A stretch of DNA of 64,000 nt from Zygnema circumcarinatum SAG 698-1b (taxonomy: Eukaryota > Plantae > Zygnematophyceae). The translations under genes were made by a program, and so were the position numbers. The notes below the pieces were generated by a model. That model was not told the origin of the DNA. It did no database searches and saw only the letters and a list, made by a program, of their open reading frames with translations. Location: the NCBI GenBank assembly GCA_037447605.1, contig CM074804.1, forward strand, positions 6,859,909 through 6,923,908. The letters run 5' to 3'. This document shows, in pieces, positions 51,005 through 62,273 of the stretch (positions within the stretch are counted from its first letter, which is position 1; each line of letters opens with the position of its first letter).

Positions 51005-53256
51005 ATGGCCGCTTGCGTCGCGTCAGAAGCGAGCGCCGCGGAGGCGGGCGGGGGCGGGAAGAGGGCACGGGTGGCAGAGGGCGCGGGGGCGCGCGTGCGC
51101 GGTGCGTGGAGTGCGGAGGAAGATGCGCTGCTGCGGCGGCTGGTGGCGGAGGGCGGCGCGCGGCAGTGGGGGGCCGTCGCGGCGCGCATCCGCGGGCGGA
51201 GCAGCAAGAGCTGCCGGCTGCGGTGGTGTAACCACCTGCACCCGCGCGTCAGCAAGGCGCCCTTCACGCGCGAGGAGGACCGCATGATCGTGCTCAGCTA
51301 CGCCGCCATCCGCTCGCGCTGGTCCGTCATGGCCAAGGCCATGCCGGGCCGGACCGACAGCTCCATCAAGGTGAGGCCCTCGTCGCCCCGTCTGCGCAGT
51401 CGCCTGTGCGTGACTTCTGGCCAGCGCTGCAGCGCTGACTCGGAGGCGGTGTGAAGTGCTGCAGAACCACTGGTACGCCACGCTGAAGAGGAGGTACCCC
51501 GAGCTTCTGGCCGGCTACATCGCTAAAGGCGCCACGGTGAGCTGCGCCCTAACACGCTCCTTGAATGTGCACATTCCGCGCTACTGCTGAGCTTCTTGGA
51601 GGCTTTCACCTCCGTGCAGGCTGTGGGATTACGGCGTTCAAAGGCCGCCCTGGGTCCTCCCCCTCCCCTCCCATCCTTCCCTGTCAATAACCTGCTGCTC
51701 CTTCTATGTCCGCCTGCAGATCGCGCTCCCTCCGGTCCTGCAGCTCTCTGGCAGCGCAACATCTGGCGGAAGCAGGGCCGCCACAGTTGGTGATGAGACA
51801 GCGGCTTCACACGATGAAGACCTGCTCGGAGCTGGCGATGGCAGCAGCCCACGTCAGCAAGGCGGCTGGACGAATGCTAACCTTTGCATTCCCTTTGCGG
51901 ATGTGAGTGATATGTTCCAGCTCCTTCTTGTCCGCGTTTCTGGGTCCCTTCAAACAGGAAAGCTGCTGGTCTTTTGCTAAAATCTTTAAGCGGAAGATTC
52001 GCATCTCACTGGAGCCGTTCTTGCCTGTGCAGTCTGCTATAGACGCTCTCGATGCGGCGAAGCAATCCCCAAAGTGGTCCCCTTCCACCTCCGGCCAGTC
52101 CGACTGCACTGCAGAAATTGACTTGAAATCTGTGACGGTCTGCGGGGCCGAGGTCTGCGGCGTTCAGAAATGCAGCGAAGCTCCTCAGGAGAAGAGCTTT
52201 GTGGAGTCTTGTCCATCGCCCAGGAAGGGGGGCGGGCTGCAGCCAATCGAGGAGGGCACTCTGGAAGCGATTGTAGGGAGAGAAGCGTTTCCGCAACTGC
52301 AGGAGGGGGGGCTGACTTCCTCGGACAGAAGCTCCAATGTTTCCGAATTCAGTGCTCTACAGCTGAACACAACTTACTTTCAACACCAAGAATGTGATGA
52401 GACAGGCAGCGTGTTTGCTGATCCTCACGATCTTATGGGAATGGCAGACGATGCAGACGGCAACGGAAGCAGTCTGACAGACGCAGCGTCGGAGGTGGAG
52501 ACGCTGATCAACAGTCTCCTCACATCCAGCAGCGAGCCGTACTATGCCAAGGGACATTCTCAGCAGGTTCTGGAGGATTTTTTCTTGGACCCCAAGCTGC
52601 CGCAGCAAAGCGAGTCTTCTCAGAAGTTCGATTCCTGCGGCCCAATGTCGGCCGTGATCGCTGCTCATCCTCCTTCCCCCTGCAACTTCAGCGTCCTGCC
52701 GGACCTCATTCTTCAAGATTCAATGGAAGAGCAGAGTTGGGATCGCACCCTTCACAGCAACATGGTCCACCTGCAGGGCGCCATGCAGGAGAGGGGTTGC
52801 TCCTTTATCCCTTCGCCTGGAAGCCATGGCTCGTGCGCGGGAGGGGACTCTTTCCCTTTATCGCAAGTCTTTGACTCTGTTGACTCCAATGATTGGCCCT
52901 TCGCCATGGACCACTCCTCGCCCGCTGCAGGTTGGCAGTCGACCGTTCCCCAGCAGCACCCTGCATCTGCCCACCACTCCATCTGCGATGTTTTTGCTCC
53001 CCCGCGCAACTACGCGGTAGAGAATGCTGTTGCCGCAATCCTCTCCGACTCCTGCAAGAGAGCCACGCCGCCATCGCCCTCCTTCTCTAAGCTTTCCCCA
53101 GTGTCGCACTTCCTTCTCTCCTCCATCTCCAGGGACTCCGGCCCCTCCCTTTTTAACCCTCTTGGGAGGCAATCAGCGCCGTCATCGCATGGGCTGTGCC
53201 AAACGCATCCATCACCTTCTGCGTTCGATTCATGGGAGCAGCAGGAGCTGATCTGA
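51005..53256 (+). CDS. R2R3-MYB transcription factor (MYB44/73-like R2)
   Basis: Exon1 51005-51370 reads RGAWSAEED...GRSSKSCRLRWCNHL...FTREED...PGRTDSSIK; exon2 from 51465 reads NHWYATLKRR; further exons at ~51720-51903 and ~52033-53256 encode an acidic/Ser-rich C-terminus. Confidence 0.9.
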
Positions 53257-53567
53257 AGAGCTGCAAAGAGCTCGCTAAACGCATTCTACGATGCTGTCGT
53301 TTTTTCTTTTATGCGAGCCTATAGGTTCCCCATAGTCTTTGTTCTTTGTGTGAGCGATATAACAGCTTTTGCTGGGATTCACGAATTCTGCTAAACGATG
53401 CAGGTAGTGCAGAGCCCGCTCCTTCAAGAGAATCATCTCTTTTTTCGGGGCTGCACTACAGAGTTGGCAGGAGGTTGTGAGCAGCAGCCGGGCAGGGTAC
53501 ACGTGGCAAGCGTGTTTTTCATCTGCCGGCTGCTCCTCCCACCCTGTTAGCCACTGCTGCTGCGCGC

Positions 53568-55751
53568 TCAGAGAGAGGCCGCCGTTTCTTTTTTCCGGGA
53601 GGGCAGGGCAGCCCTCCTGGTTGGTTTGAACGGCGCCCTCATGAAGCTGCGCGAGCGTGCGTCTCGGAAGAGCAGTCTGCAAAGTGGATCGAGCTGCAGG
53701 AACAGGCAGAGTAGTTAGGTTTTAAACAGGTGGTACCCATATTTGGGATATTTACCAAGACCTGGCACGTTTAGTTTGCAGCCAGATGTACTTTTTTTTG
53801 TGTTTTTAAACACGTTCCAGTCAGTTGTGACTTGTTTTGTTTTGTATTCAAAGGGGACTCTTTCAAAGTGAGGTGTTTTCTCGTAACGAAGACTGATTGT
53901 AAAGTAGTTGAATGCTCGTATTGAAATGCTTGCTTGGCGGCTGGAGACCGGTGTTTTATTGTGCTTGATAAGCTTTGTATGAAGGCGCTACTTTTTTGAA
54001 GCAAGAGCTCAGAATACACTGCTGATTTCGCAAAATGCAGAGGAGCAGTAACAGCCAGATTTAGCGTGGTGGTTGTACTGTCTAGGATGATATTTGTCAA
54101 CCTATTTGACTGCGTTGATTTCGGAATAAAATATTGATTAGCACAACATTGACATTTCAGACCAGTTCCACCCCACCTTACCTCGAAGTTGTCAGCTTTT
54201 TCTGTTTTCGTCAGCTGATCTCAAATGAGAGTCTGCTTGTTTTTTCTCCATCCTGCTTATCACCTAGCCAACTGTTCTTACTGATAATCCATTCTTACCG
54301 TTCGACAAACAAACAGACCATCGGCAGTTTATTTCATAACTGCCCTAACATTGCTACTGACTGCACTACTCACCATCGTGGACAGATCGCATGACCAGAA
54401 ACCCAACGGCCTCCGCAACATGGAGTTTCTAGTTTCAGCAAAACATACACAGTATACGTCCGGATCACAACTTAACTTCTCCTTGTCTAACAAATTCACG
54501 TGTGCATTGCAGAGTGAGCATTGCTTACAAGATTTCGCTTGTACATCCACTGCTTGCTCATCACCCACCCTTTGTCATCCTCAATTTGCAGATCGAAAAC
54601 CCCGAATATTATTGGAGGCGAATAAGGCAATTATTTGGAAAAGTATTACAGTAGTGTCTCCTGCTACGATAGACTCCTGGACCGCTACCAAACTTCTGCG
54701 GCAGCTTAGCGCCAGTCGGCTCGGGCGAGGGGGGAGACAGGGGATAGGGTTAACGGGGCGAGCCACGACGTGACACGTTAGGCTCACGTAGAGTCAGGCA
54801 TGGCATGCCATGGCTGATGATGTGGATCTTGGGGGTTTCCAGCAGCTGGATTGCTGTATTACAGTGTATTGGCTGGCTTTAAAATGCAATTGGGAATTTG
54901 GAGGTTCGGATGTGCTCTGCTTTGTACCATAACGGAGCCTGTAACTGGACAACGTTGAGGTGCATTTTTCAGTCTTCACCAAAAAATTACAGTGTCCTCC
55001 CACCTTCCAGGACCTCGGACCTCGGGATGGAAGGGAAACGAGGAAATGGGAGCACAGAGACATCGAAAGTATTATGATTCCAGGAGCTGAAGACAGCTGA
55101 TAATGTGCAGCAAATTACTTGTCCTTGTGGTAAATGTTTATGGACTTCAGGGCTTGGCATGCACCTTGTCTGCAGCGACCTGTAAAGGCTCGTGGCCTTT
55201 CAGTTTCAGGGCATTTTCCTTCAATGCAACTTGCCCAAGGGGCGTGTGCAGCACAGCCGCGCTCTCATCTGAAGCTCTCGCAGGAAACCGAGCAAACTCG
55301 ACATGCGGTCTCGGCCCGAGCCTGGCCGGGGCGGCCTCGCCGCTGTGCTGCCGAGCCATGGCGGCCCCCACTTCGTCGGGAAACGTGGCGAGGTTTACCT
55401 TGGCCTGGAAACTTGCCAAGGGGATGGCAAGGTGGAAGAAGCCGCCTCGGTTTGGAATAGCAGCTAAGGCGAGTGCGGCTGCAAGAGGCGGTGGCTGCTC
55501 GAATCATCGCGGACGTTGTGAAGGGGAAGGAGTTCGTATCGCGAGAAGTTCTGCAGCGTCTCCAGATGTGGCTGGACTCGCATAGCCTCAGAGTCGACCA
55601 GCTCATCCATGCCGCCAGTAGGCTTGGAACGAGGAGCAGCTCCCTGATATTGCAGGCGATGCCAACCCTGGCGATGATGGCACCTCAGCCTCCACCCCCA
55701 TGGCGCCGTCCTCCCCTCTCCCGCCTCCGCCTCCGCCTCCGCCTCCGCCAT
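53568..55751 (-). CDS. Possible unrecognised multi-exon gene
   Basis: A G-box-rich island (55911-56200) precedes GCCATGGCGG at 55751. Donor-like sites lie at ~54570, 54370 and 54181. A candidate terminal exon 53693-53568 follows CCTGCAG and reads LDPLCRLLFRDARSRSFMRAPF...*. No complete model could be built. Confidence 0.3.
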
Positions 55752-56227
55752 GGCTGGACCGCGGAAGAGGGTGAGGGATCCTCCAGCGGAGGCCCGGCCG
55801 GGCAGACCTCCAACTTTCTGACGTCTTGCATGCGTCATCATCCAGCCCGGTTTCCAGATTCCAACTGAAAGCCTTTTGGCGTCGTGACCGTAAAATAGGG
55901 TACAATGCTGCCACGTGGCTAGTGCTGACTGGAGCGAAATGGCACAGATTGTGGCCACTTACTACCACGTGGCAGATTCTACTGGAGCGGCCTATTTTCG
56001 CCTTCCCCCTCCGGCCTCCCCCCCCGGTTTCAAGTCGGAGCGGCACGTGTGGACGGCTCGCAAGTTTTTGTATGGAAACAAAATTTGAGGCGCGGAAAGT
56101 TTCCTCGAACATCTCCGCATTCTCTCTGATAGCGCCCGACCTGCTGACGTACGCACAACGTCAGAAGGGCTCTGCCGACGTGACGTGACGTGGGGTGACG
56201 TGAAAAGGACCCGAGCCGAGGACGGCG

Positions 56228-56595
56228 TGGCATTGATCTCACGATGAATCAAATACTGTAGGGGGAGTCAGACATTGACCATCGCGTACTATATTTCCGA
56301 ATTTAGTATACTAAATGCCAAAGTTTCGTGTACGAATTCCGGGTCGGGATCCCTGGCTCCGCCGTACACAGCCGTACCGAAATGCGCACCTAGCCAATGC
56401 TTAATTCGCCCGACAACCTTACTAAATTGATTTGGCGATGGTCAATGTCTGACTCTCCCTAATGTACATGCACAAATTGAGCATGGGAAACAACGAGGAA
56501 TTGGTCGCAGAGGTCCTAAGGACAAAAGGAAAAGGCTAGGAGCGTAAAGCTACGCCTCGGCTCAACAACGCAGTCCTCCCTCGAAGCAGCCACGA
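56228..56595. repeat. Second copy of the 10851-11144 element family, interrupted by MITE 3
   Basis: CATTGATCTCACGATG..ATCAAAT|AATGTACATG.ACAAA..TGGTCGCAGA..CCTAAG.ACAAAAG matches 11043-11144. CTACGCCT.GGCTCAACAACGCAG matches the reverse complement of ~10888-10912. Confidence 0.75.
56260..56460. mobile_element. Non-autonomous TIR transposon (MITE 3, 201 bp), related to MITEs 1 and 2
   Basis: 26-bp TIRs AGGGGGAGTCAGACATTGACCATCGC / GCGATGGTCAATGTCTGACTCTCCCT with one mismatch; shares the AGGG.G.GTCAGAC terminus. Confidence 0.85.
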
Positions 56596-56830
56596 AGGTC
56601 GCCGAAGTGTGGCACATCGCGCATCCAAACGGGCGTCGAGGCAACCAAAAAGTCGCAACAGCCATAGGAGACTCCTCGTCAGCGTCACGTCACGGCGGGC
56701 ATATGCGCGCCTCTTGCTTTGCGCGCGCCATGGAGGGCAATCTCAGAGTTGTGCACTGCCGTCCAAGGAGTGAAGTTAGCCGATCCGACGCCCCAAGCTT
56801 CAGCTATCCATTGGCAGATCCACAGCCGGC

Positions 56831-56950
56831 CGCTGTCCACGTGGCCCTGTCTGCCGCTGTCCACATAGCCCCATCTGCCGCTGTCCACGTGGCACCATCT
56901 GCCGCTGTCCACGTAGCCCAATCTGCCGCTGTCCACGTGGCCCCGTCCGC
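56831..56950. repeat. 24-bp tandem repeat x5 carrying G-box cores
   Basis: CGCTGTCCAC(G/A)T(G/A)GC..C.TCTGC repeated; copies 1, 3 and 5 contain an intact CCACGTGGC. Confidence 0.88.
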
Positions 56951-57685
56951 CACACACGCCTGACTTTGATCCTCAACCGTCGATCTCTGCATCCGTACGG
57001 GTACATTGCCGTACAGTCGACAAAGTACAGTATCTGTACGGTCATACGGGGGTGGGCTCGCAGTTCCGTACCGGCCAGACCGAAAAAGGAGGCGGGCGGG
57101 CCGCCAGCCTGGGCAGCGCGCCACGCGGCGGAGCTGGCTGTACGGGGGAGGGAGGGAGGGAGGGAGGGAGGGAGGGAGGGAGGGAAGGGAGGTAAGGGGA
57201 GGGGAGGTGGGCAGCTTCCTTTATTATTACTGTTGTTCGCCTCCCTCCCTCCCTCCCTCCCTCCCTCTCTCTCGGAGGGAGAGATCGTGAGGTGAATCTT
57301 CTGGTTGCGCGGGCGCGCGGCAGAACCGTTCGCGAGACAGCTGCAGCAGCACGAGGCGGTTGCAGAAAATCGCCCGCCGGTAACCGGCAGGAGAGAGGGC
57401 GAGGAGAACCCCGCTAGAGCGAGTTGGACCGGGAGGGGTAGGGGTCACGTAGAGGGCCTCAAACGAGCCACCTGGCGCGGTTTAATGGCTCCACCCTTTT
57501 CCGTACGGCGCAATCGTGCATGCTCTAGAGAGATGTTGGCAGACTATCGGATCGCAGCATGGTGCCAAAAAATCTTAGTTAGGTCCTTGAGGAGGCAAGG
57601 ACACTGCTCGTGGTGGTAGAACCTGCTATAATTGCATCACTTCTCTCCATCTTTAAAGCTGCTTCGATCATTGCCGGAGATTAGC

Positions 57686-58070
57686 CGCACGAGCGATCTT
57701 TTTATATTTTGTTATAAATTTCGGAATCTTAGAACTACGGTACAGAAGTACAGTAGGGCCCAAAACCACCTTCTTTTTGTAACGGTACGGATAGATGTAC
57801 GGTTCCGTATGGGCGGCTCAACTGCCGTGGTGGGCTCGCCATTCGCCAACCATTGGCCGCTGCCAACCGCGGCACTGCCATTGCCATTGCTATGACGTCA
57901 CGTCACGCCATCAGTCCAACCGTTCCATGACAACACGTGTCGTAATGCCACTTGACATCATCCCAAAGTGTTATAAATGTTTATAAAAGTGGCCCTATTT
58001 TTAGAACGCCGTGTAAAAGAACCGGAGAAAAGTAATATTATAGTAGAAACATAATGTTACGGCCGTCCCT
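57686..58070. repeat. Dispersed repeat copy 2 (uninterrupted homolog of 10581-11222)
   Basis: Same collinear blocks as copy 1, with TATAAAAG running directly into TGGCCCTATTTTTAGAAC. Confidence 0.75.
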
Positions 58071-60129
58071 GCTTGACACTCGGCGTCGGTATCACTGCGT
58101 GAAAAATCGAGTAAGGCCACCCGGGGGGGTGGGGGGGGTGGGGGGGGGGCAGGTGTACCGTGTGCTGGATTCAAAACTCGAGTCAAAAATCGCTTTTGAC
58201 TGCGGTCAAACGCACTTCCAATCGCAGGTCTCGAATCGGAAAGATGTGTCCTGAAATCGAAAAAACTGTCACGCTGGTCGTCCGTCAACTGGTCCAGTTT
58301 GGTAGCTGTCTGGCGCCCCTGTTCTCTTCAAGTCAGCATCAGTGGCAACCTTTGTCAGGATCTCATCAATCAATTCACGGAAAATCACATGATTCACTCG
58401 AGGTCAGGCGGGAGGGGGACTGTAAGTGAAGGGCGTTAGCGGGGCTTTCATTAATTCCCCGTCCGCGGCAGGCGGGTCCCGCGCTATGCCTCGCAGAGGC
58501 GTGTGCTGGAGCAGGCAGGCCGGCACGTGTCACGCGCATGAAAAGTATTTTACAACTCACTTTCGTATGTATGCACATAGATTCGTTGGCCATCTCACGA
58601 CACATGACACCATCGGACATCATGTCAAACAATAGTAATAAAAAGAACTGGCATCAATGTAATGGCGACACTGGCTTACTATGCCCAAGCGTGTTGCCAT
58701 GGGGAGGCTCCACATGTTCCCATTCACGACCCTTTTTTTTAACCATGATTGGGAAATGTCAAGATTGCGGCGCGTGAGCAGGGGTAGAACGGGGGAGAAG
58801 GCGGCGGTTTGCAGCTGAGGGACGGTGGCGAACCTAGTCAGATCAGTTGTGGTCGAGTTTGACTTACTCAAGTCAGGTGATATTTTGACTAGTGAAAGTA
58901 GATGAAATGTACGCAACTTATGTTCTTGGTCGAGTTTTACGTGTAAGCTGACCAATAAAAATGCTATGCGTGAAAGATGCTTCTATGATGAGCTTTTCTA
59001 ATGGCACAAGAAGACTATACATGACATGGACAAGTCTACGAATACGTGGAGTTATAGCTGCATACAGGGCGGCCTAGCTCTAACTGTTCACGAAGGATCG
59101 AGGCTTCCTTCCAATTCTAGTAATGTTGAAGTACATGCAAAGCTTCTCACATGCACGTGTTTCTGCGTTAGAAAGACTGCATGAAAACATGCAAAACAAA
59201 TAAAACTATGTCTTCAAAAAACAAAGCGGATGACTGGGAGAAGTTCATGCGGATAAGGAACGTGTCACCAACTACGAATACCATAAAGGACGAAAATGCT
59301 CCAACAAGCTCTTAAAGTCTGTACTATTCAATGCCGAAAGTCAGGCACAACTTTCAATTTCTACATTGTTTCTCGGCGGACAGACAGCTTCCACGAGACA
59401 GGCCAGTAACCCTCCTGCAGTATCTTCTCGTATTCCCGAGGCATCCCCAACAGCAATAGCTTAAGCAGATCATCGATCATCTTCGTTCACGAGAATTTTC
59501 AAAGCAGCCTGTTTAAAGCCCACCCTGAGGGAAAACAAACGGCAGTGATGGCAGACAGATGAAGTCTCCTGTGTTGATAACCGTTATTGAATGCCGAGGT
59601 TTACATCCAAGTGTCAATCAAGACTATTGCCTCCTACTCTACTCTACTCTTTTTTCGGCTATTTTTTCATCAATGAATAGCCGTACTCACTATTCTAATG
59701 CCCTAAGACTATCTCTGCTCGTGTGAAGGCAGCTCGCTGCTTTGATTGCAGCGACAAGCTAATGTTTCTAGGTGGCCCTCATGTCTAGGGAACTGTCGGA
59801 CAGGCTGCGAATTAAATGAAGGAATATGTACTGCAGACGTTCCAAGTGATAGCCTAACTCTCGAAGTAGCCGGCGACGATGCTCTTATTCGAGTCTTTGT
59901 AAAGACTTCCGAAGTTCTAGGCTAAGTTCTAGACACTCTAATATTTAATTACACTGAGCTGGCAACTGCCAATAAACTGGCGCTAACTACAGGCAGAGTG
60001 TTAAAAAACAAGTCCTACCGCGAACCTACAGCAGCGTCAAAAAGAAAGCCTCTACCTAATCGGCTGTTGGACTAAGCGAACAAGTCGAAATGCCGAGACT
60101 ATGCTACACTGTTTGCCGCCTGAATCCCG

Positions 60130-62273
60130 CTATTTGCATGTACAGATGTACCGGCATGCTGGCCAGATCGCCGCTCCGAGCACGCACCCCCGCGGAAGCT
60201 TCGTATTGACTACGCAGACCTGGCGGGGGCAGGCCGCGGACGTGTTGATGGTGCCCCCCTCGCAGCCGTAGTCGGAAACGCATGGCGGGGGAAGCGAGGC
60301 GCTGGGAGCTGAGGTAGGGACAGGGGGGGGCAGCGGCGTAGGAGCGGGAGAAGGAAGTGGCGGAGGAGGGGGTGATGAGAGAGGAGGAATGGGAGAAGGA
60401 GGCGGCGATAGAGGAGATGGGGGTGAAGGAGAAGGCGATGACAGTGGGGGAAGAGGTGAAGGAGGTGACGATGGAGGAGGGGACAGTGAAGGCAGCGGCG
60501 TAGGAGCGGGAGAAGGAAGTGGTGGAGGAGGGGGTGATGAGAGAGGAGGAATGGGAGAAGGAGGCGGCGATAGAGGAGATGGGGGTGAAGGAGAAGGCGA
60601 TGACAGTGGGGGAAGAGGTGAAGGAGGTGACGATGGAGGAGGGGACAGTGAAGGCAGCGGCGTAGGAGCGGGAGAAGGAAGTGGTGGAGGAGGGGGTGAT
60701 GAGAGAGGAGGAATGGGAAAAGGAGGGGGTGATGAGAGAGGAGGAATGGGAGAAGGAGGCGGCGATAGAGGCGATGGGGGTGAAGACGAAGGCGATGACG
60801 GTGGGGGAAGAGGTGAAGGAGGTCGCGATGATGGAGGAGACAGTGGAGGCAGCGGCGGAGGGGGTGATGAGAGTGAAGAAATGGGAGAAGGAGGCGGCGA
60901 TAGAGGCGATGAGGGTGAACGAGAAGGCGATGACAGCGAGGGAAGAGGTGAAGGAGGTGGCGATGGAGGAGGGGACGGTGGAGGCAGCGGCGGAGGGGGT
61001 GATCCTCGGAGAGGTAGAAAAGGTGGCAGGGATGGTGCGGGGGAGACAGCCGGGGATGGGGGCGGAATTGTCGAAACGTCCAATACTGATGGAGAGGGTG
61101 TAGTTGGGGTCGGGAGAACTGTAACCGGAGCAAATTCAGGTGCGGGAGCGGGGGTTATGTCCTGAAGTAGCCTCCTGCGCCTGTCCTCTGTGCTCTTGTA
61201 TTCTGCTTCGTGGTTGTAAACATCCACTTGCTCGCCTTCGGTCATGCGAAAAAGCACATAGGCCACCAATGACCCCGAACTCGTCGGCTGGATCAAGACA
61301 GCGCCCAGCATTTGGCCGCGGTTTGCAGCCATCCGCTCCCACTGGGAGAAGATGAAGAGGTTGACCATGCGCTGCGTCCTCGCCTTGCTGCGCCGAAACA
61401 CGCTGCGCGCCTGCAGGCCGAGCCAAACGTGGTGTCAGAAGTAGGTCTTTGAAACACGGACCTCGCAAGAGTACTTCAGAAGGCAGAAAAGCAGAGGCGG
61501 AACCAAGCAAGGAAGGGAATTTACCCGCAAGCTTTGCTGCTTCTGGCTCGCTGTCTGAACCACGAGTGGAGAAGTTCCCGAGGTCAACGTCAAAGGCATG
61601 TCGAGGTTGTTCTCAACGACGAGGGAAACGTGGCTGTCGGTCGAATCAGTGAGAGGAGTTCTCCACCCTACAGTCTCCCATTCTTCACTTGGTCCCTCCC
61701 ACTTCGTGAAGTCTCCCTCGCCATTGTATCCAAAGAACTCGACAGTCTCCGCACAGAGAGTGGTGCCATCTGCAAGAGCGCAGGGAGTGATTCGTGTCAG
61801 AGACCTATCGATGGTGCAGAGGCGCCATGGGAAGCTGGAGGCCATGGAGGAGCAGGCAGGCAGGCAGCTGCGGGAAGTAGGGAGGGGCAGGCGGACTCTC
61901 ACCGTCAATGGACTGTCTGGATCCCACGAGCAGCGTCTTCGCATTTTCAAAGTTGACGCGGCCCCCTGTGTTGCTGAGGCAAATTGTTTCAAGCGAGTCG
62001 ACGTGCGCCTGCAGAAGCATCATCAGCAGCATAACGTCAGTGGGGCTTTGCCAACTTGCCACTTCTGTAGCTCGTCTACTTACTTCTTCCTTTACCCCAG
62101 CTTTCCCATGCCTTCCCATGCGCCCCCCTCCTTCTCTCCCTCCAGCTCCTGCCCTCCTCCAGCTCCAGCTCCCTCTCCCTCTCTCTCTCCCTCACCTCCA
62201 GGAGCAGCGCGGTAGTGAGGACGAGACGGAGCGCGAGCAGCGCCGCGAGGCAGAGTCGGCGCGCAAACGCCAT
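60130..62273 (-). CDS. Secreted chimeric Ser/Pro-rich (extensin/HRGP-like) protein with a globular N-domain and an 8-Cys C-terminal module
   Basis: Exon1 62273-62196 is a signal peptide (MAFARRLCLAALLALRLVLTTALLLE). Exons follow at ~62008-61902 and ~61770-61525. The last exon (~61410-60130) contains RRRRLLQ, PAPAP, ~280 aa of SP2-5 repeats and the tail CVSDYGC...CRYICTCK*. Confidence 0.8.
60329..60715. repeat. 162-bp (54-codon) coding tandem repeat within the Pro-rich domain
   Basis: CAGCGGCGTAGGAGCGGGAGAAGGAAGTGG recurs at 60331, 60493 and 60655. Confidence 0.9.

Noticed and set aside
58700-60100. Gene or transposase remnant in the AT-richer stretch
   Set aside because: No ORF or motif that I can support.
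60389-61165. Gly/Asp/Glu-rich plus-strand ORF
   Set aside because: It is the antisense shadow of the Ser/Pro-rich exon on the minus strand.
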